Below, in pieces: positions 26,801 through 38,848 of a stretch of DNA of 64,000 nucleotides (position 1 is its first letter; each line of letters begins with the position of its first letter). The stretch covers positions 19,840,001 to 19,904,000 of the forward strand of contig NC_091995.1 in assembly GCF_044704955.1 (NCBI RefSeq). Direction: 5' to 3'. The DNA is from Pristiophorus japonicus. Lineage: Eukaryota. The position numbers and the translations under genes were made by a program. A model generated the notes under the pieces. That model did no database searches. It was not told the origin of the DNA and was given only the letters and a program-made list of their open reading frames with translations.

Positions 26801-28517
26801 TCATTTGAGGAGAGACTGGATCAACTGGGCCTTTATTCACTGGAGTTTAGAAGGATGAGAGGGGCTCTCATAGAAACATATAAGATTCTGACGGGACTGG
26901 ACAGGTTAGATGCGGGAAGAATGTTTCCGATGTTGGGGAAGTCCAGAACCAGGGGACATAGTCTTAGGATAAGGGGTAGGCCATTTAGGACTGAGATGAG
27001 GAGAAACTTCTTCACTCAGAGAGTTGTTAACCTGTGGAATTCCCTGCCACAGAGAGTTGTTGATGCCAGTTCACTGGATATATTCAAGAGGGAGTTAGAT
27101 ATGGCTCTTACGGTTAAGGGGATCAAGGGGTATGGAGAGAAAGCAGGAACGGGGTACTGAGGGAATGATCAGCCATGATCTTATTGAATGGCGGTGCAGG
27201 TTCGAAGGGCCGAATGGCCTACTCCTGCACCTATTTTTCTATGTTTCTAACTGAACACCAGTCTCACTCAGAGACACAGTGACTCTCACACCCACCGTAC
27301 CAGACACACCCACACACTCACACAATGTAACTGGGCCAGGAATGTAATGTGAGCTCCACGAGAATATTAACCTCTTGGGGAATACAGAAATAATTACAGG
27401 CCAAGCATAAGATCACGGCAACTCGTTCCCGGATCCTGCAGACAGTGTGGGAGCTGGTTAGTTCAGTCACAATAGCAGATCCATCTCGGAATCGACAAAA
27501 CAATCGGTTTAAATCAGTTTAGAATTTTTCAGCAAATGCTGCATTTATTCCGACATTGTCGGTTATTGTGCAAGTAACCCGCAATATAATCCTCACCTTC
27601 AGAAATGTCAGCCCGTCTTGTTGCTCCATCTGTTTCTGCAACTTTGAAAGCTGCTCCTCAATAGAATTTAAATTCTCTTGAATTTCTCGAAGGTTTTTCT
27701 CCATTGTATCTACAATCCTCTCCTCTTCTCCCCTGAGATCTCTGATTAAATGCTGCTCTCTCTCAGTGAGAATCTGGTGCATTTTAGTGAACTCGGATGT
27801 GATGTGGGTCTGCAGACTGCTCGACTGTTCCTACCAAATGAAAGGTGAAAAATAATCATGTACCGCGATAGAGGGAACAAAACTCACCGAGATCCCAGAA
27901 AATCAGCACAGGGAGACCTTACCCTAACTTCGGAAATCTGCCGTTTCTGTTTCCGTTCCGTTTCTAGAACCGCCGATTTCTTCTCTGTGAGAGAATCTAA
28001 AGAGGATTTCAGCTGATCCTGGGATTGGGAGAAAATCACAGAATGAAAGGGCCGGACTATGAAAATGTGATAAAATAATCAGGTGATAAAATCTGTTCCA
28101 TTTTACCTTGTAGATTTCAACAGCTTCTTTAATCGGCATGAAGTTGTGAGATTTGTGTTCCCGCGAAACTATACAAGTGTAACAGATCAGTTTCTTGTCA
28201 ATTTCACAAAACAGCTTCAGTTCTTCCTGATGTTCCTCACAGTGAGGTTTATTTTCCTTCTCTCTCGGATTCAGGGTTAATTTTCGAGCTTTCTCCGACA
28301 GACTGGCCAAGACCCGACTGGTCCTGAGGTTTATTTCCGGAAACTCCTCTCCACATTCCGGGCAGGAGTTTGTCTCCTTCTTTTCCCAACACCGTGTGAT
28401 ACAGGAGCGGCAGAAGTTGTGTCCACAGTCCAGTGAAACCGGATCAGTGAAGAATTCAAGACAAATGGGACAAGTTACCTCCTCAGTCCAACTCTCGGGC
28501 TGCTGCTTGGAAACCAT
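20268..28517 (-). CDS. TRIM E3 ligase copy A (RING-Bbox2-coiled coil-PRY/SPRY; TRIM39/NF7/A33-like), 6 exons, 476 aa, intact
   Basis: Exons 28517-28107, 28018-27923, 27830-27597, 22687-22665, 22565-22450, 20818-20268 (411+96+234+23+116+551=1431 nt), all GT-AG and in phase; the 96/234/23/116 exon pattern is typical of class IV TRIMs. Confidence 0.93.
21285..22360 (+). mobile_element. Highly degenerate L1/Tx1-like LINE remnant in TRIM-A intron 5
   Basis: Endonuclease-like FLQET at ~21370 and RT-like [17 protein letters not shown] at ~22300. Confidence 0.55.
22450..22565 (-). CDS. TRIM-A exon 5 (116 bp)
   Basis: tttacag|...[24 protein letters not shown]|gtaaaa. Confidence 0.9.
22665..22687 (-). 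CDS. TRIM-A exon 4 (23 bp)
   Basis: tttcag|GAGGAAACGTGTCAGAAGAGGAG|gtagga. Confidence 0.85.
22925..27248 (+). mobile_element. Near full-length CR1 LINE (ORF1 Zn-finger + SGNH esterase; ORF2 APE-RT), disabled, antisense in TRIM-A intron 3
   Basis: ORF1 CSSCTMWE...[23 protein letters not shown]; ORF2 [31 protein letters not shown]; 3' tail tttctatgtttcta; several in-frame stops; duplicated 5' unit containing ctataaaggc. Confidence 0.92.
27597..27830 (-). CDS. TRIM-A exon 3 (coiled coil, 234 bp)
   Basis: ggtag|[21 protein letters not shown]...LTFLK|gtgagg. Confidence 0.92.
27923..28018 (-). CDS. TRIM-A exon 2 (coiled coil, 96 bp)
   Basis: cccag|GAT CAG CTG AAA... [32 protein letters not shown]|gtaagg. 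Confidence 0.92.
28107..28517 (-). CDS. TRIM-A exon 1 (RING + B-box2)
   Basis: [25 protein letters not shown]...CPEC and [23 protein letters not shown]...HKSH; donor AAG|gtaaaa. Confidence 0.95.
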
Positions 28518-28547
28518 GTTAACACTCAGCACTTCCTGATTCAACCC

Positions 28548-28559
28548 ACTTTCAGTTTC
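28548..28559 (-). promoter_or_regulatory. ISRE/IRF element upstream of the TRIM-A ATG
   Basis: Minus strand GAAACTGAAAGT matches the GAAANNGAAA[G/C]T consensus; adjacent Ets-like CAGGAAGTG at 28530-28538. Confidence 0.6.
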
Positions 28560-28587
28560 AATGTTGCTGAGCTCCAGCTGGATCCTG

Positions 28588-28601
28588 TCACTAGGTGGCG
28601 C
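28588..28601 (+). promoter_or_regulatory. CTCF-like motif upstream of TRIM-A
   Basis: TCACTAGGTGGCGC, 13/14 match to CCASYAGRKGGCRS. Confidence 0.5.
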
Positions 28602-29764
28602 TGCTGGACAATATTTCTCAACCAAGGATTTTTGTAGGTTTCCTGAAAAAGATTTTGTTGCAGGAAAACCACACATTTGCTTTCTGTGCAGTGAAGGGCC
28701 GTATTAAACAAACCGATTTACTCTGTGCATCAGTTTAATGTTGTATGGAACCAGGAAACACGCTCTAAAGGTGTAGAAATAATTGCTCTAATCTCAAATG
28801 TTTTGCAGGTGATGTGAATATGTCAGAAACTGATAATTATCCTGGATTTGTTAAACTATTTAATTGCACCATCCTCCATACATTGATGTGCTTTTTATTA
28901 CAGTTTATTGATTTAATGTGAGGTTTTGGGGGATGTGCCGTTATGTTGCTCCACATGTTGGCCCAGATTTGAAGTTTGGAGCCACCTCTGGTCATATTTC
29001 AGGCCCGGGCAATCTGAAAGTGAGAGGTGGGCGGACTGGGCGGAGTCTTGCTGAATTCCCGGGGAGTGGGGTACATCGGGTGGGGGGAAGAAGGCAGCCT
29101 CCTAACTGCTGGAAACACATTCTTGTGCTCAATTCTCACTGCAGCTGGTGGTGTCCGGGCACGGCCGTGCTACAGGAGCGCTTGTACAGACCTGGAACTA
29201 TCGAATCCCTAAAGCCCCTCTCTTTATCCGTGCAGATGTTGGTCTGAGCAGCCACCGTTATCCGTGCAGATGTTGGTGTGTGCTTCCTACAGCTGGTGAC
29301 TGCCCCCATTAAACCCCGAATGTCTGTATCCCCCTCTCTCCAATTGTGCAGGTCCCGGTGTGTGTCCCTTACAACCGGATCCACCACAATTATCTGCCAA
29401 GTGCATTGTGGAACAACCCACTCTGCATGGACCGAGCGAGACCCAGTGTGAGCGGATGTTTGGGGCGGTTTTCTCCTTCGTTCTTAGCCGCAGGGCCATG
29501 GGTCTGTTCAGCTCAGGGGAGTCTCTCAATCTGATTTGAAATGCACAACAGTCCCAGAACAAACTCTCTCCCCCTCCCCACACCAGCTTCCCCCCCACCC
29601 CTCCCCCCTAACACCGGCTCATTCACCCGCTCCCCAACACAAGATCTCTCTCCCGGCCTCCCCACTCCCCCAACTCCAGCTCACCCCCCGTCAACTCCAG
29701 CTCCCCTCCCAACAAACACAGACCAATATATCCTTGCTGAGGTACGGTGCACAACTATTTTAAA

Positions 29765-30090
29765 AGCAACTTTCAATCAAGTGCCCTCCTTTTTTTTTTG
29801 AGGGCACTAAAAATCATAAATTAACAATTAAAGATTAAAGGGAACCTTTGTTGAATCAAATCAAATTAAAATTCTGTTCCCTGTTGAAATGCTGCACTCC
29901 AGTCCCTCCGGCGCCCACCTCTTGCAGAAGGCCGTGAGCGTACCGGTGGACACCGCGTGCTCCATCTCCAGGGCCAGCCTGGCTCGAATGTAACCACGGA
30001 AGAGAGGCCGGCAGTCGGGCTGAGCGACCCCCTCGACTGCCAGCTGCCTGGACCGGTTAATGACCACCTTGGCCAGGCCCAGGAGGTACG
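29765..30090 (-). mobile_element. Tx1/L1-like LINE 3' end
   Basis: C-terminus LLGLAKVVINRSRQ...LFRGYIRARLALEMEHA...RWAP followed by an A-rich tail. Confidence 0.6.
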
Positions 30091-30399
30091 GTGCACAAGA
30101 CTGAACGCAGCACTCCAGGTGGGGTCTGATCAAGGCTCTGTACTGAAGCACAACTTCTAACCTTTGTATTCCAGCACCCTGAGATAAAGGACTACATTCC
30201 ACTGATCTTTGTGATTGCTTTTTGTTGCTGTCTACTCGCTTTAAATGATGTGTACTTGGCCTCCCCAATCTCTTGCTCCTCTACAGTCCCGAGTTTCTCA
30301 CCATTTAGATACCCCTCGATTTAACTTTCTTGGGCCCAAAGTGGATAACCTCACACTTACCCACATTGAATTCCAGTTGCTGTTGTTTTCCACAGCTCA

Positions 30400-33300
30400 G
30401 TGGGAAGGACCATTGAGAAAGCAACCACTGACACCAGGCTGCACACTGACCCTCACCCCGAACATTCAACAATATTTTTAACACAATAACAGTGAACATT
30501 TAACAAAAAACTATTTTTAACAAGATCTACCAATATACAGCCCATGGACAGGGTGCCCCCTCCCGAGTAACGGGACCAATACGTCGTGCAGCAGGGGACC
30601 TCAGGGCCTGCTGCTGTGGTGTGGAGGGAGGGGGGGGGGGGGGTCGGGAGGCGGGGGGGTGATGTTGGCAGAAGCTCCTCAGTGGCTGGAGAAGATGTTT
30701 CGGGAGAAACGTCAGAAGGAAGTTCTTCGTCCTGACTCGCATCTGTGCTGGTGGTTGTTGGGACGGCACCTTGGGGTGCAGTGCCATCTCCCGACACCAT
30801 CACATACCACAAGGCATGGACGGTGTCAGTCGTTCGGCCCATTGCCACCACTATCCGCTCCATGCTCTCCGTTATTCGTGCAGACATTGTGGCAATGTTT
30901 CCAGTCAACCCACCAATCGCCTGGAGGAGCTCTCGACCGATGTTGATGCTCGCCCATGACAGTGCGACCATGTCCCCGTTAGGATCTGCCCGTCGCAGCG
31001 CGTGCCTACCTCGCCGACGCAACCTCCGTGGGGTCAGCGTGGGCACTGTACACCTTGGAGTGGCCTGCTGCAAGCCGCTTGGCCCCACTACTTCATCCGT
31101 CGATGAAGACATGGCCGCAGCTACAACAGATGACAATTGGTCATCTTCCTCCTCCTCCTCAGTAGTCTCCTCTGCACCCGCGGTGATGACCCGTGGTGAT
31201 GACCCGCGGTGATGACCTGTGGTGATGACCTGTGGTGATGACCCGCGGTGATGACCTGTGGTGATGACCCGCGGTGATGACCTGTGGTGATGACCCGCGG
31301 TGATGACCCGTGGTGATGACCCGCGGTGATGACCTGTGGTGATGACCCGCGGTGATGACCCGCGGTGATGTCCCGTGGTGATGTCCCGCGGTGATGACTC
31401 GCGGTGATGACCCGCGGTGATGACCCATGGTGATGACCCGCGGTGATGACCCGTGGTGATGACCCGCGGTGATGACCGGTGAAGACAATGATGACCCACG
31501 GTGATGACCCGCGGTGATGACCCGCGGTAATGACCCGTGGTGATGACCCATGGTGATGACCCGTGGTGATGACCACCTGCAATGGCACATCATTCATGGA
31601 GGGGCCTCCCTTTGCACCTCGGGAGTCTGGGGACCGACAAAACATAATTGAGGTTATTAGAACAGAAGGGTAGACATGAGAATGCTTGCTCTGTGCTGAC
31701 ATATGTAGGTGGAGCAACACTACTGCAATAAATGTGAACGAGAGACGTTACATATGATTACATCATAGGGTTGTACATCTATGGAATTCTCTGCCCCTGT
31801 GGAGGCTGGGTCATTGAATATATTTAAGGTGGAGATAGACACATTTTTCAGCGATAAGGGAGTAAAGGGTTATGGGGAGCGGGCAGGGAAATGGAGCTGA
31901 GTCCATGATCAGATCAGCCATGATCTTATTGAATGGTGGAGCAGGCTCGAGGGGCCAAATGGCCGACTCCTGCTCCTATTTCTTCTGTTCTTATGTTGTG
32001 AACCTGAGAGTAGTACAGAAGCTGCATGCAGAACATGCCATCATTCATATATTATAATGAAATGCCGTTACAGGACTTTGAATTACCACTGGTTTACCGC
32101 TGCTTTACACATTACTCACGTGGTACAACAGGATCTGCACCACCACGGGTGGCAGAGCGACTGTGGCTGCCCACTCGTGCTGCAGCACGTTCCTCCAAGT
32201 CCGTCAGGGTGTTTATTTCTGCAGGGCCTCCTCCGGTGCGCCTCTGCTCCAATTGATTTTTTGAAATCTTCCTCTGCAAACGTGACAAGAGCATGGCATA
32301 AACTAACTGACTAGGTCCTATTACAGAAAGACAAAAGATTCTAACATTATATGCTAATACGGTTTGTATTCACAATGGATGCATGGTTATAACATCTACG
32401 TTTAGAGAAAATATTTAATAACATCGTGTTTAGTAACTAATGCTTGACACCAAACACCTCGCGTACCATCTCCAGGAAGGGCCCATCCACGGGCCGTGCC
32501 ATTCGGCACCCAAGGGGAGGTAGGTGGTTTATTTCACTCGATGGAGGTCCCCCGGGGGGTGGGGGGGAAATCAGGACCGCTGGTGAGCTCGGCAATGATA
32601 GGAGTGTAATGGGAGGGGGCACCGTGTCCATGGGCTGTGCTCGGAGACCTCCGTGTGGCCGGAGCTAATGTCCCAAAGTGTCCCAGGGCAGACAGTGAGC
32701 CAGGACAGCTCTCCCCCAGTCCAGGCTGGGTCACTGTGTAAGTGACAGCAGCCGGAGAGACTGACACAGTCTGGGTAAAGGTGACCAGACCCCTCAGTGC
32801 TCAGTCGTGGCCCATCCACCAACGTAACACAAAAGGAGACGGTGCCAAAATTAGACTGAAAGGGCGCACGTTCTGACCCCAGTCCAAATCTTAGCAGGGA
32901 ATCTACACAAGAAAACCCAGCTTCATTACAATCCGGCAGATTTATATATTCAGTGGATCATTACAATTTAAAATCTATTTAATACTTACTCTTGTGGATA
33001 CAACCGGGCTGTTCCACCTCTTGTGGCACTGGTGCAATTCCCACCTATCGTGGGACACCGAGGACACCACATCGACCATCTTGCCCCATATCTTCTCATA
33101 CGTCCGGGGTGGAGGTGTCCCACACCCACCCCGGGTTAATTGGCCCCACCACGTCTCCACTTCATTCACCAAAGCATCGTTTGCCTCATCAGAGAAGGGT
33201 TTAGCCCTCCTTCTCCCTGCAACTTCCTGCACTCTCTCCCCAGTCTTCGTGCCACATCTCCATCTCAATTTTTGCTATTTTTCTCACGATAACTCTCTTT

Positions 33301-33664
33301 AACTTTACACATCACAAATCCTTCAACCTCCTTCCTTCACACAAGCTCCTCTCCACCACAGACACTCTCTCTCCCTCCCTTTGTCTTCTGAGCATGTGCA
33401 GATGACCCCTGACCCCCCGAATCTTCTTTGCAAAAAAAATCGCTTGCTCAGAACAGCTGTTGCTATGGACACCAGCCTTACACGACTGAATACATCGCTA
33501 AGACCCATTCCACATCGCTAAGGCTATCGCCCAAAATAAAAAGCCAAAAGTAGCGGTCAAAAAAATGGGCGAAATTCCAGCGATCCTGAAAAATAAAAAA
33601 TCACTCAGGCCGGAAACATTGTCCATTTTTTGGGCGATAAAGATCTTAGTGGAAAGTCTAGCCC
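30400..33664 (-). mobile_element. PIF/Harbinger-like element remnant carrying a spliced Myb/SANT (ORF2-type) gene; no transposase seen
   Basis: Terminus gggctagactttccac (minus strand, 33664); exons ~33263-32990 (RRAKPFSDEANDALVNEV...W...QCHKRWN|gtaagt), 32273-32120 (ag|RKISKNQLEQRRTGGGP...LTDLEER|gtgagt), 31626-~30500. Confidence 0.7.
31178..31573 (+). repeat. 13-bp minisatellite, about 30 copies, within the Myb/SANT gene's last exon
   Basis: Unit ggtgatgacccg(c/t). Confidence 0.95.
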
Positions 33665-34257
33665 ACAGAAAGATAGAAATTTACAACACAGAAGGAGGCC
33701 ATTTCGGCCCATCGTGTCCCTGCCGGCCGACAAAGAGTCACATGGCCCTCGGTCAGCAGCCCTGAAGGTTAAATATAAACCGATGAACAATGAACAACGG
33801 CGGAAAGGTAAAGAGCACCCAGCCCAACCAGTCCGCCCCACACAACTGTGACACCCCTTACACTGAAACATTCTACACTCCACCCCAACTGGAGCAGTGC
33901 GATCTCCTGGGAGAGGCAAAAAACAGATAAAAACCCAACCCAACTGGGGAAAAAAATCTGAGAAAATTCCTCTCTGACCCATCCAGGCGATCGAAACTAG
34001 TCCAGGAGATCACCTTGGCCGTATTCGATTCCCTGAAGTACTTACCATCGTATCTGTACCAGCCAACAAGAGGTTAACCAGTCCAATCCCACTTTCCAGT
34101 TCTAGGTCTGTAACCCTGCAGGTTACAGCACTTCAAGTGCTCATCCAAGCACTTTTTAAATGGAATCCAGCCGATTTTCCCCAGCCGGCCCCTCCCCCCA
34201 TCCACTTGGAGTGCGGAGGTCACTTGGAGTGCAGAGGTCACTTGGAGTGCAGAGGTC

Positions 34258-34705
34258 CAGGGTCAGATTAAGGGCCTGATGGGCCTGGGGCAAACTGATC
34301 CAAATGGGCCGATAGTTATGTTTGTTCATGTTCATTACATTACGTTTATGATCCTGATTCTGAGTATGGAAACATGGGCCAGTATATTCAACAATAAAAG
34401 CAGATATTCTGTATCAAGTAGGTATATATTCTGGTTCTGGTAACATTGCAATACTAGATTCCTGTACATATATGTAAATTTCTCTCAATAAAACAGGCGA
34501 GTACATATTGTGTTGTGTATATGAGTCCATCAGTGTATATAGGGCCTTCTGTATACAGGTATAAACAAGTGAATCTAACCTGTATAAACAAGTATATACC
34601 CTGCAGATACTTTACAAGATAACATTGCGAGACTTCCTGTCCGTGAATGTTCTTTGTTGGGCCTGGGGCTGCAGCCCCATCCGCCCCGTGGTTAATGCGC
34701 CCCTG
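34258..34705. mobile_element. hAT-like MITE
   Basis: TIRs cagggtcagattaa / ttaatgcgcccctg (11/14); degenerate 8-bp TSD cagaggtc / cgggggtc; inserted into an 18-bp tandem cacttggagtgcagaggt. Confidence 0.6.
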
Positions 34706-35229
34706 CGGGGGTCACTTGGATGTCCCGAGTGCAGTGCTGGCTGAGTTCAGTAACTCTGGGCTCAGCTTCAGTTGAAGTTGGGACTGACTAGTGTATGTGA
34801 CAACCCTCTGAAGCGGTCACTGCGCCCCTGGACTTGGGAACTCTCTCCCTAAACCACTTGCTACCTGTGTGTGTCCGGGGCCACTGGGAAAGAGCAGTAA
34901 TGAGGCCTTTCCAATTCCGGCACATCCCGAGAATGATTCAAAAATAGAAAGATTGATTCCCTTCAAAAAACTCCTGTTAAAGACCACTGCTGTCTTCTCG
35001 TGTCTCGCCCCCGGAGCGTTGCGACTCCTGCTCGGTGCTCTCCCTCCCCCTTTGGGCCCAATCCAAGGTGAGAGAGAGGTGCTGTATAAAAACCTGACGG
35101 CTGTTTCCCAGCTCCTGTTCCTGCTGCGTTCTGCCTCTCCCGGATTCTGCTGTTCTCTGGGTGGCTCTCGCAGTGACACCTGCTGACAGGAACCCGCACT
35201 ACATCAGCACCACCAACACAAGCCCTCGC

Positions 35230-36567
35230 CAGCCTCACAGAACCACAGCACAGAAGGAGGCCATTCCCACCATCGTGTCCGTGCCGGCCGACCAACAGCT
35301 ACCCAGCCTAACCCCACCTTCCAGCTCGAGGTCCGTAGCCCTGCAGGTTACGGCACTTTAAGAGCACATCCAAGTAGCTTTTAAATGTGGTGAGGGTTTC
35401 TGCCTCTACCACCCTTTCAGGCAGTGAGTTCCAGACCCTCACCACCCTCTGGGTGAAGAAATGGTTCCTCATCTCCCCTCTAATCCTTCTACCAACTACA
35501 TTCAATCTATGTCCCCTGGTTATTGACCCCTCTACTGAGGGAAATAGGTCTTTCCCATCCACTCTATCTCGGGCCCCTCAGAATTTTATACAATTAAATC
35601 TCCCCTCGGCTCCTCTGTTCCGAGGAAAGTAACCCCAGCCTCTCCAATCTTTCCTCATAGTTAAAGTTTTCCAGTCCAATTAGTCCCACTCCCCCACTGC
35701 TCCTTCCCCCCAGCCCCGCAATTTTTGTCCTTTTCACGTATTTATCCAATCCCCTTTGAAAGTTGAATCTGCTTCATCCAACCTTTCAGCCGGTGCATTC
35801 CAGATTTAAACATAGAATAAAAATAAACTCTCCCCATCTCCCCTCTGGATGTTTTGCCCATTGCCTTAAATCGGTGACCTCTGGTTACTGACCCTCCTGC
35901 CACAGGAAACAGTGTCTCCCTATTTACTCGATCAAACCCTCGATTAAAATAGAGGCTGGGAACATGAGAACAGGAGGGGGCCATTCAGCCCCTCAAGCCT
36001 GTTCCACCATTCAGTTAAATTATGGCTCATCTGTATCTTAGCTCCATTTACCCGCCTTGGTTCCATATCCCTGTTTGCCGAACAAAAATATATCAATCCC
36101 AGTTTAGAAACTTGCAATTGAGCCCCAGCATCAACAGTTTTTTGGGGGAGAGAGTTCCAGATTCCCACTGCCCTTTGTGTGAAGAAGTGCTTCCTGACAT
36201 CACCCCTGAATAAACCTCGCTCTCATTTGCAGGTGATGCCCCTTGTTCTGGACTCCCCGCCCACTCGGGGAAATAGTTTATCTCTATCTGCACTATCAAA
36301 TCTTTTAATGATCTTAAACTCCTCCGTTAGATCCCCCCTCAATCTTCTATACTCGAGGGAATACAAGCCTAGTCTGTGCAACCTGCCCTCGTAATTTAAC
36401 CCTTTGAGCTCCCGGTAACATTCTGGTGAATCCGGGCGGCACCCCCTCCAAGGCCAATATATCCTTCCTGAGGCACGGAGCACAGAACTGAACGCAGTTA
36501 CTCCAGGTGGGGTCTGACCAGAGCTTTATATAACTGCAGCAGAACTTCCAGCCCTTGGGATTCCAGC
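35230..36567 (-). mobile_element. Stack of CR1 3' fragments
   Basis: RNHFFTQRVVRVWNSLP and related motifs; 36118-36567 duplicates 1-450. Confidence 0.75.
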
Positions 36568-36622
36568 CCTCGTTCCTTCCTTCCTTCTCGAAGCGGCTAA
36601 CTGCTTTTCTGTCTCTTGCTCG

Positions 36623-36808
36623 TGGACCTGAGCAGTTGGAAGGAGAAGATGGAGCGTGACGCGGCAAACACTCACCACGAGGACCTGACCGACGAGGAGG
36701 ACGAAGGTGATGCTGTCCTGGTGGAGCATCAGACGGATTCTGCCGTGGAGATGTGCGCACCGGTGGACCAACTGTACAAGGATGGCATCCTCACCGTGGG
36801 TTGTGTGG
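36623..36808 (+). pseudogene. GNL1: GNL1 VDLSSW exon, copy B
   Basis: Identical peptide to 506-691, offset 36,117; same 'cg' acceptor; donor gtgagt. Confidence 0.88.
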
Positions 36809-37251
36809 GTGAGTTGGCACAACCGGAGCATTGGGCTTTTAACGTGGTCGATGCAGTGGGTGGTAACCGCTGGAAACCAGCAGCTCCCTCCCTTGTCTTT
36901 AAGGAGCCCGTGTTTTCCTTGCCGAGAAAACAGGGCCATCCATGCAGTGCACTTGGCTACCACCAGATGGCAGTGCTGCAGAAACCCCATCGCTCAACTT
37001 GTTTAAAGTTTAAAATAATGTTAAACTGTTCCTGCTTCCTGGCACGTCTCCATCCTCGTCCCTCCTCTTTTCTCCACACACAGGCATGTTTCTAACGGGG
37101 GTCACTAGGTGGCAGTCAGGAGCAGCAAGCCGGGCTCGTTCCTTTCGGTCTCCCACCCAGGGGCACTGAGGCTAAATGTCGCTCCCCTACTGACACTCTG
37201 CCTGAGGCTAACTAACTCAGCACAGACCGGGGATTGAAGCTGGGTCATCGT

Positions 37252-37284
<33 letters not shown>

Positions 37285-37329
37285 CACCTCAGGCTGGGCA
37301 CTGACTTACTGAGCCATTGCGGTAAAAGA

Positions 37330-37735
37330 AAAGAAAGACTGGCATTTATATAACGCCTTTCACAACCTCAAGACGTCCCAGAGTGCATCAAAGCCAAAGA
37401 AAGTACTTTTAGAGTGTAGTCACTGTTGTAATGTGGGATACACGGCACAGCAAGCTCCCACAGACAGCACTGTGATAGTGACCAGATAATCTGTTTTTGT
37501 GATGTTGATTGAGGGATAAATATTGGCCTGGTCACTGGGGATAACTCCCCTGCTCTTCTACGAAGTAGTGACATGGGATCTTTTACACCCACTGGAGAGA
37601 GCAGACGGGGCCTCGGTTTAACGTCTCATCCAAAAGACACCACCTCCGACAGTGCAGCACTCCCTCAGCACTGCATGGAAGTGTCAGCCTAGATTTTGTG
37701 CTCAAGTCTCTGCAGTGAGACTTGAACCCACGACC
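37330..37735 (-). mobile_element. Deu-domain SINE (SacSINE1-like)
   Basis: Reverse complement of the element type at 14915-15330. Confidence 0.75.
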
Positions 37736-38465
37736 TTTAGTTATGTTAAACCTGTATCGAACCTTGGTTGGACCACACTTAGAGTACTGTGCACTGGTTG
37801 CCATATTATACAAAGGATATAGAGGCACTGGACAGGGTGCAGAGAAGATTGACAAGGATGATACCAGAAATGCGAGGGTATACATATCAGGAAAGGATGA
37901 ACAGGCTGGGTCTCTTTTCTGATGAAAAAAAGTAGGCTGAGGGGTGACCTAATAGAGGTCTTTACAATTATGAAAGTTTTTGATAGAGTGGATCCAGAGA
38001 ATGTTTCACTTGTGGGGTAGAACATAACTAGGGGCCATCGATATAAGATAGGCACCAAGAAATCCAATCGGGAATTCCGCAGAAAATTCTTTACCCAGAG
38101 AGTGGTGAGAATGTGGAACTCACTACCACAGGGAGTGGTTGAAGTGAATAGTATCGATACATTTAAGGGGAGTCTGGAACAACATATGAGGGAGAAGGGA
38201 ATAGAGGGTTATGCTGATAGAGTTAGATGAGGAAAGACGGAGGAGGCTCGAGTGGAGCATAAACACCGGCATGGACTGGTTGGGCCGAATGGCCTGTTTC
38301 TGTGCCGTCTATCCGATATAATCCTATGACCTTCGGACTCTGAGACCAGAGTGTGACCCACTGAGCCACGGCTGACCACTAAATGGGCAGACCATTCACC
38401 TCCCACCTCACTGAGTCACTTGTCCCGTTTCTGAAGATTGCCGTTTTGCCTCCCTCTCGCTCTAG

Positions 38466-38640
38466 ATTCTGGCCGGGATTTACCCCATCGCACAGATCCA
38501 GGAGCCTTACACCTCCGTCGGTTACCTGGCCGCGAGGATCCCCGTGCAGAAGCTGCTGAAGCTCAAGCACCCTGATGTGGAGGAGGACAGGCCCGGGGAG
38601 CAGGCCGAGACCAGGTTCACGACCTGGGACATCTGTGAAG
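38466..38640 (+). pseudogene. GNL1: GNL1 exon (ILAGIYPIAQIQEPYTSVGYLAARIPVQKLL...WDICE)
   Basis: tctag|ATT CTG GCC...GAA G|gtaact; matches GNL1 VLAGIYPIAQIQEPYTAVGYLASRIPV...WDICE. Confidence 0.92.
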
Positions 38641-38848
38641 GTAACTGGACGGTGAGATCAGCAGTCGGGGAATTGTGGGCTGGGACAAAGGGGAGAAGAG
38701 GCTGTTTACTGGTTATTGTTAAATAGTCTGTGAGCTGAAAAGCTTTTTTGGGCCTTGCGTCTTGTATTAATATCAAGCTCCAGGCTGGACCTGGGCTGAG
38801 AATTGATGCCTTTCTGATGTACACCGTCTGTCCTTTGTCACCTTACAG

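Noticed and set aside
22925-27248. Active autonomous CR1 element
   Set aside because: Multiple stops and frameshifts in ORF1 and ORF2
27924-28106. C-terminal part of the 250-aa ORFs (also 61380-61562)
   Set aside because: Read-through into intron 1 and an off-frame exon 2; the spliced model fits TRIM exon structure
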